Source: Centroscyllium fabricii | Taxonomy: Eukaryota | Direction: 5' to 3' | DNA: 64,000 nt | Assembly: GCA_051313645.2 (NCBI GenBank) | Contig: JBNRSN020000029.1 | Span: 10,478,001 to 10,542,000, forward strand | Shown here: positions 59,901 to 64,000 of the stretch, piece by piece | Layout of the letters: the number at the start of each line of letters is the position of its first letter | Position numbering within the stretch: position 1 is the first letter of the stretch | Translations under genes and position numbers: made by a program | The notes under the pieces: model-generated | Seen by the model: only the letters and a program-made list of their open reading frames with translations | The model's database searches: none | What the model was told of the DNA's origin: nothing

Positions 59901-62900
59901 TCTCTCTCTCTATCCTCTACCTGTGTTCTCTCTCTGTATCCGCTATTTGTTCTATCTCTGTATCCTCTAGCTGTGTTCTCTCTGTATCCTCTATCTGTGT
60001 TCTCTCTCTGTATCCTCTATCTGTTTTCTCTCTGTATCCTCTATCTGTTCTCTCTCTGTATCCTCTATCTGTGTTGTTTCTGTATCTTCTATCTGTGTTC
60101 TCTCTCTGTATCCTCTGTCTGTTCTCTCTCTGTATGCTCTATCTGTTCTCTCTCTGTATCCTCTATCGGTGTTCTCCCTCTGTATCCTCTATCTGTGTTC
60201 TCTCTCTGTATCCTCTGTCTGTGTTCTCTCTGTATCCTCTATCTGTGTTCTCTCTGTATCCTCTATCTGTTCTCTCTCTGTATCCTCTATCTGTGTTCTC
60301 TCTGTATCCTCTATCTGTGTTCTCTCTCTGTATCCTCTATCTGTTCTCTCTCTGTATCCTCTATCTGTGTTCTCTCTGTATCCTCTATCTGTGTTCTCTC
60401 TCTGTATCCTCTATCTGTGTTCTCTCTCAGTATCCTCTATCGGTGTTCTCTCTCTGTATCCTCTACCTGTTGTGTCCCTGTATCCTCTATCTGTGTTATC
60501 TCTGTATCCTCTATCTGTGATCTGTCTGTATCTATCTGTATTCTCTCTGTATCCTCTATCTGTGTTCCATCTGTATCCTCTATATGTGTTCTCTCTGTAT
60601 CCTCTATCTGTGTTCCCTCTGTACACTCTGTCTGTGTTCTCTCTGTATCCTCTATCTGTATTCTCACTGAATCCTCTATCTGTCTGCTCTCTCTGTATCC
60701 ACTATCTGTGTTCTCTCTATATCCTCTATCTGTGTTCTCTCTGTATCCTCTATCTGTCTTCACTCTCTGTATCCTGTATCTGCGTTCTCTCTCTGTATCC
60801 TCTATCTGTGTTCTCTCTGTTTATCCTCTATCTAAGTTCTCTCTCTGTATTCTCTATCTCTGTTCTCTCAGTACCCTCTACCTGTTTTCGCTCTCTGTAT
60901 CCTCTATCTGTGTTCTTTCTCTGTATCGTCTATCTGTGTTCTCTCTCACTGTATCCTCTATCTGTTTTCTCTCTGTATCCTCTATCTGTGTTCTCTCTGT
61001 ATCTTCTATCTGTGTTCTTTCTCTGCACCCTCTATCTGTGTTCTCTCGCTGTATCCTCTATCTGTGTTCTCTCTGTATCCGCTTGCTGTGTTCTCTCTCT
61101 GTATCCTTTATCGGTGTTCTCTCTCTGTATCCTCTATCTGTGTTCTCTCTGTATCCTCTATCTGTGTTCTCTCTCTGTATCCTCTATCTGTGTTCTCTCT
61201 GTATCCTCTATCTGTGTTCTCTCTGTATCCTCTAGCTGTGTTCTCTCTCTGTATCCTATATCTGTGTTCTCTCCCTGTAACCTCTATCTGTGTTCTCTCT
61301 CTGTATCCTCTATCTGTGTTCTCTCTCTGTATCCTCTATCTCTGTTCTCTCTGTATCCTCTATCTGTGTTCTCTCTGTATCCTCTATCTGTGTTCTCTCT
61401 GTATCCTCCATCTGTGATCTTTCTCTGCTCCCTCTGTCTGTGTTCTCTCTCTGTTTCCTCTATCTGTGTTCTTTCTCTGCACCCTCTGTCTGTGTTCTCT
61501 CTCTGTATCCTCTATCTGTGTTCTCTCTGTATACTCCATCTGTGTTCTCTCTCTGCATCCTCTATCTCTGTTATCTCTGTATCCTCTATCTGTGTCCTCT
61601 CTCAGTATCCTCTGCCTGTTCTCTCTCTGTATCCTCTATCTGTTCTCTCTCTGTATCCTCTATCTGTGTCCTCTCTCTGTATCCTCTATCCGTGTTCTTT
61701 CTGTATCCTCAATCTGTGTTCTCTCTCTGTATCCTCTATCTGTTTTCTCTCTCTGTATCCTCTATCTGTGTTCTCTCTGTATCCTCTATCTGTGTTCTCT
61801 GTCTGTATCCTCTATCTGTGTTCTCTCTCTGAATCTTCTATCTGTGTTCTCTCTCTGTATCCTCTATCTGTGTTCTCTCTCTGTATCCTCTATCTGTGTT
61901 CTCTCTCGTTATCCTCTATCTGTTTTCTCTCTCGTTATCCTCTATCTGTGTTCTCTCTCTGTATCCTCTATCTGTGTTCTCTCTCTGTATCCTCTATCTG
62001 TGTTCTCTTTCTGTATCCTCTATCTGTTCTCTCTCTGTATCCTCTATCTTTGTTCCCTCTGTATCCTCTATCTCTGTTCTCTCTGTATCCTCTATCTGTG
62101 TTCTCTCTCTGAATCCTCTGTCTGTGTTCTCTCTCTGTATCCTTTATCTTTTCTCTCTCTGTATCCTCTATCCGTGTTCTCTCTCTGTATCCTCTATCTG
62201 TGTTCTCTCTCTGTATCCTCTACCTGTGTTCTCTCTCTGTATCTGCTATTTGTTCTCTCTCTGTATCCTCTAGCTGTGTTCTCTCTGTTTCCTCTATCTG
62301 TGTTCACTCTCTGTATCCTCTATCTGTTTTCTCTCTGTATCCTCTATCTGTTCTCTCTCTGTATCCTCTATCTGTGTTGTCTCTGTATCTTCTATCTGTG
62401 TTCTCTCTCTGTATCCTCTGTCTGTTTTCTCTCTGTATGCTCTATCTGTTCTCACTCTGTATCCTCTATCGGTGTTTTCCCTCTGTATCCTCTGTCTGTG
62501 TTCTCTCTCTGTATCGTCTGTCTGTGTTCTCTCTGTATCCTCTATCTGTGTTCTCTCTGTATCCTCTATCTGTTCTATCTCTGTATCCTCTATCTGTGTT
62601 CTCTCTGTATCCTCTATCTGTGTTCTCTCTCTGTATACTCTATCTGTTCTCTCTCTGTATCCACTATCTGTGTTCTCTCTGTATCCTCTATCTGTGTTCT
62701 CTCTCTCTATCCTCTATCTGTGTTCTCTCTCTGTATCCTCTATCGGTGTTCTCTCTCTGTATCCTCTACCTGTTGTGTCCCTGTATCCTCTATCTGTGTT
62801 ATCTCTGTATCCTCTATCTGTGATCTGTCTGTATTTATCTGTATTCTCTCTGTATCCTCTATCTGTGTTCCATCTGTATCCTCTATATGTGTTCTCTCTG

Positions 62901-64000
62901 TATCCTCTATCTGTGTTCCCTCTCTGTATACTCTGTCTGTGTTCTCTCTGTATCCTCTATCTGTATTCTCACTGAATCCTCTATCTGTCTTCTCTCTCTG
63001 TATCCACTATCTGTGTTCACTCTATATCCTCTATCTGTGTTCTCTCTGTATCCTCTATCTGTCTTCACTCTCTGCATCCTCTGTCAGTGTTCCCTCTCTG
63101 TATCCTCTATCTGTGTTCTCTCGCTGTATCCTCTATCTGTGTTCTCTCTGTATCCTCTATCTGTGTTCTCTCTCTGTATCCTCTATCTGTGTTCTCTCTC
63201 TGTATCCTCTATCTGTTCTCTCTGTATCCTCTATCTGTTCTCTCTCTGTATCCTCTATCTGTGTTCTCTCTCTGTCTCCTCTATCTGTGTTCTCTCTGTA
63301 TCCTCTATCTGTGTTCTCTCTCTGTATCCTCTATCTGTGTTCTCTCTCTGTATCCTCTATCTGTTCTCTCTCTGTATCTTCTATCTGTGTTCCCTCTGTA
63401 TCCTCTATCTCTGTTCTCTCTGTATCCTCTATCTGTGTCCTCTCTCTGTATCCTCTATCTGTGTTCTTTCTGTATCCTCAATCTGTGTTCTCTCTCTGTA
63501 TCCTCTACCTATGTTCTCTCTCTGTATCCTCAATTTGTGTTCTCCCTGTATCCTTTATCTGTATTCCCTCTCTGTATCCTCTATCTGTGTGCTGTCTGTA
63601 TTCTCTATCTGTATTCTCTCTTTGTATCCTCTATATATGTTCTCTCTGCATCCTCTATCTGTTTTCTCTCTCTGTATCCTCTATCTGTGTTATCTCTGTA
63701 TCCGCTTGCTGTGTTCTCTCTCTGTATCCTCTATCTGTGTTCTCTCTGTATCCTCTATCTGTGTTCTCTCTCTGTATCCTCTAACTGTGTTCTCTCTGTA
63801 TCCTCTATCTGTGTTCTCTCTGTATCCTCTATCTGTGTTCTCTCTCTGTATCCTCTATCTCTGTTCTCTCTGTATCCTCTATCTGTGTTCACTCTGTATC
63901 CTCTATCTGTGTTCTCTCTGTATCCTCCATCTGTGTTCTTTCTCTGCTCCCTCTGTCTGTGTTCTCGCTCTGTTTCCTCTATCTGTGTTTTTTCTCTGCA

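Larger units (their letters stand above)
23638..64000. repeat. Intronic pyrimidine-rich satellite, ~24-26-bp unit (CT)nGTATCCTCTATCTGTGTT, about 38 kb in this window
   Basis: Continuous tandem units with a variable CT run. The first units lie at about 13755-13812, upstream of element C. The array runs off the window end. Confidence 0.98.

Noticed and set aside
23624-63784. Very long Leu/Ser/Cys-rich ORFs (up to 1944 aa) and short minus-strand TDRGYRE ORFs
   Set aside because: The satellite unit has no + strand stop codon, so all frames stay open. There is no domain content or frame preference.

Overview
Eukaryotic, vertebrate-type DNA; the CR1 LINEs, Deu-domain SINE and a short tandem repeat suggest a cartilaginous fish (inference). 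Two small + strand exons (10489-10674, 13624-13731) encode part of a BCR/ABR-like RhoGEF DH domain. Everything else is intronic repeat. Bases 1-23637 hold nested retroelements. Gypsy LTR element A (602-7787) sits inside the RT of Gypsy element B, and a truncated CR1 interrupts A's protease. There are two solo LTRs, one inflated by 45 copies of a 21-bp CCAAT/GC-box unit, and a SINE. Gypsy element C (13813-23637) has a full-length CR1 inside it. Bases 23638-64000 are a ~24-26-bp pyrimidine-rich satellite with kb-scale duplications and two (TTTGAA)n-tailed LINE-type insertions. The most interesting signal is the Gypsy lineage itself. All three elements lack a tRNA primer-binding site. Instead they carry a 13-14-nt leader sequence perfectly complementary to their own LTR poly(A)-signal region, with compensatory changes between families, which suggests self-priming or poly(A) occlusion. 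They also have a YLDN instead of YxDD RT motif and YY1-motif tandem arrays between gag and protease. The long satellite ORFs are artefacts.
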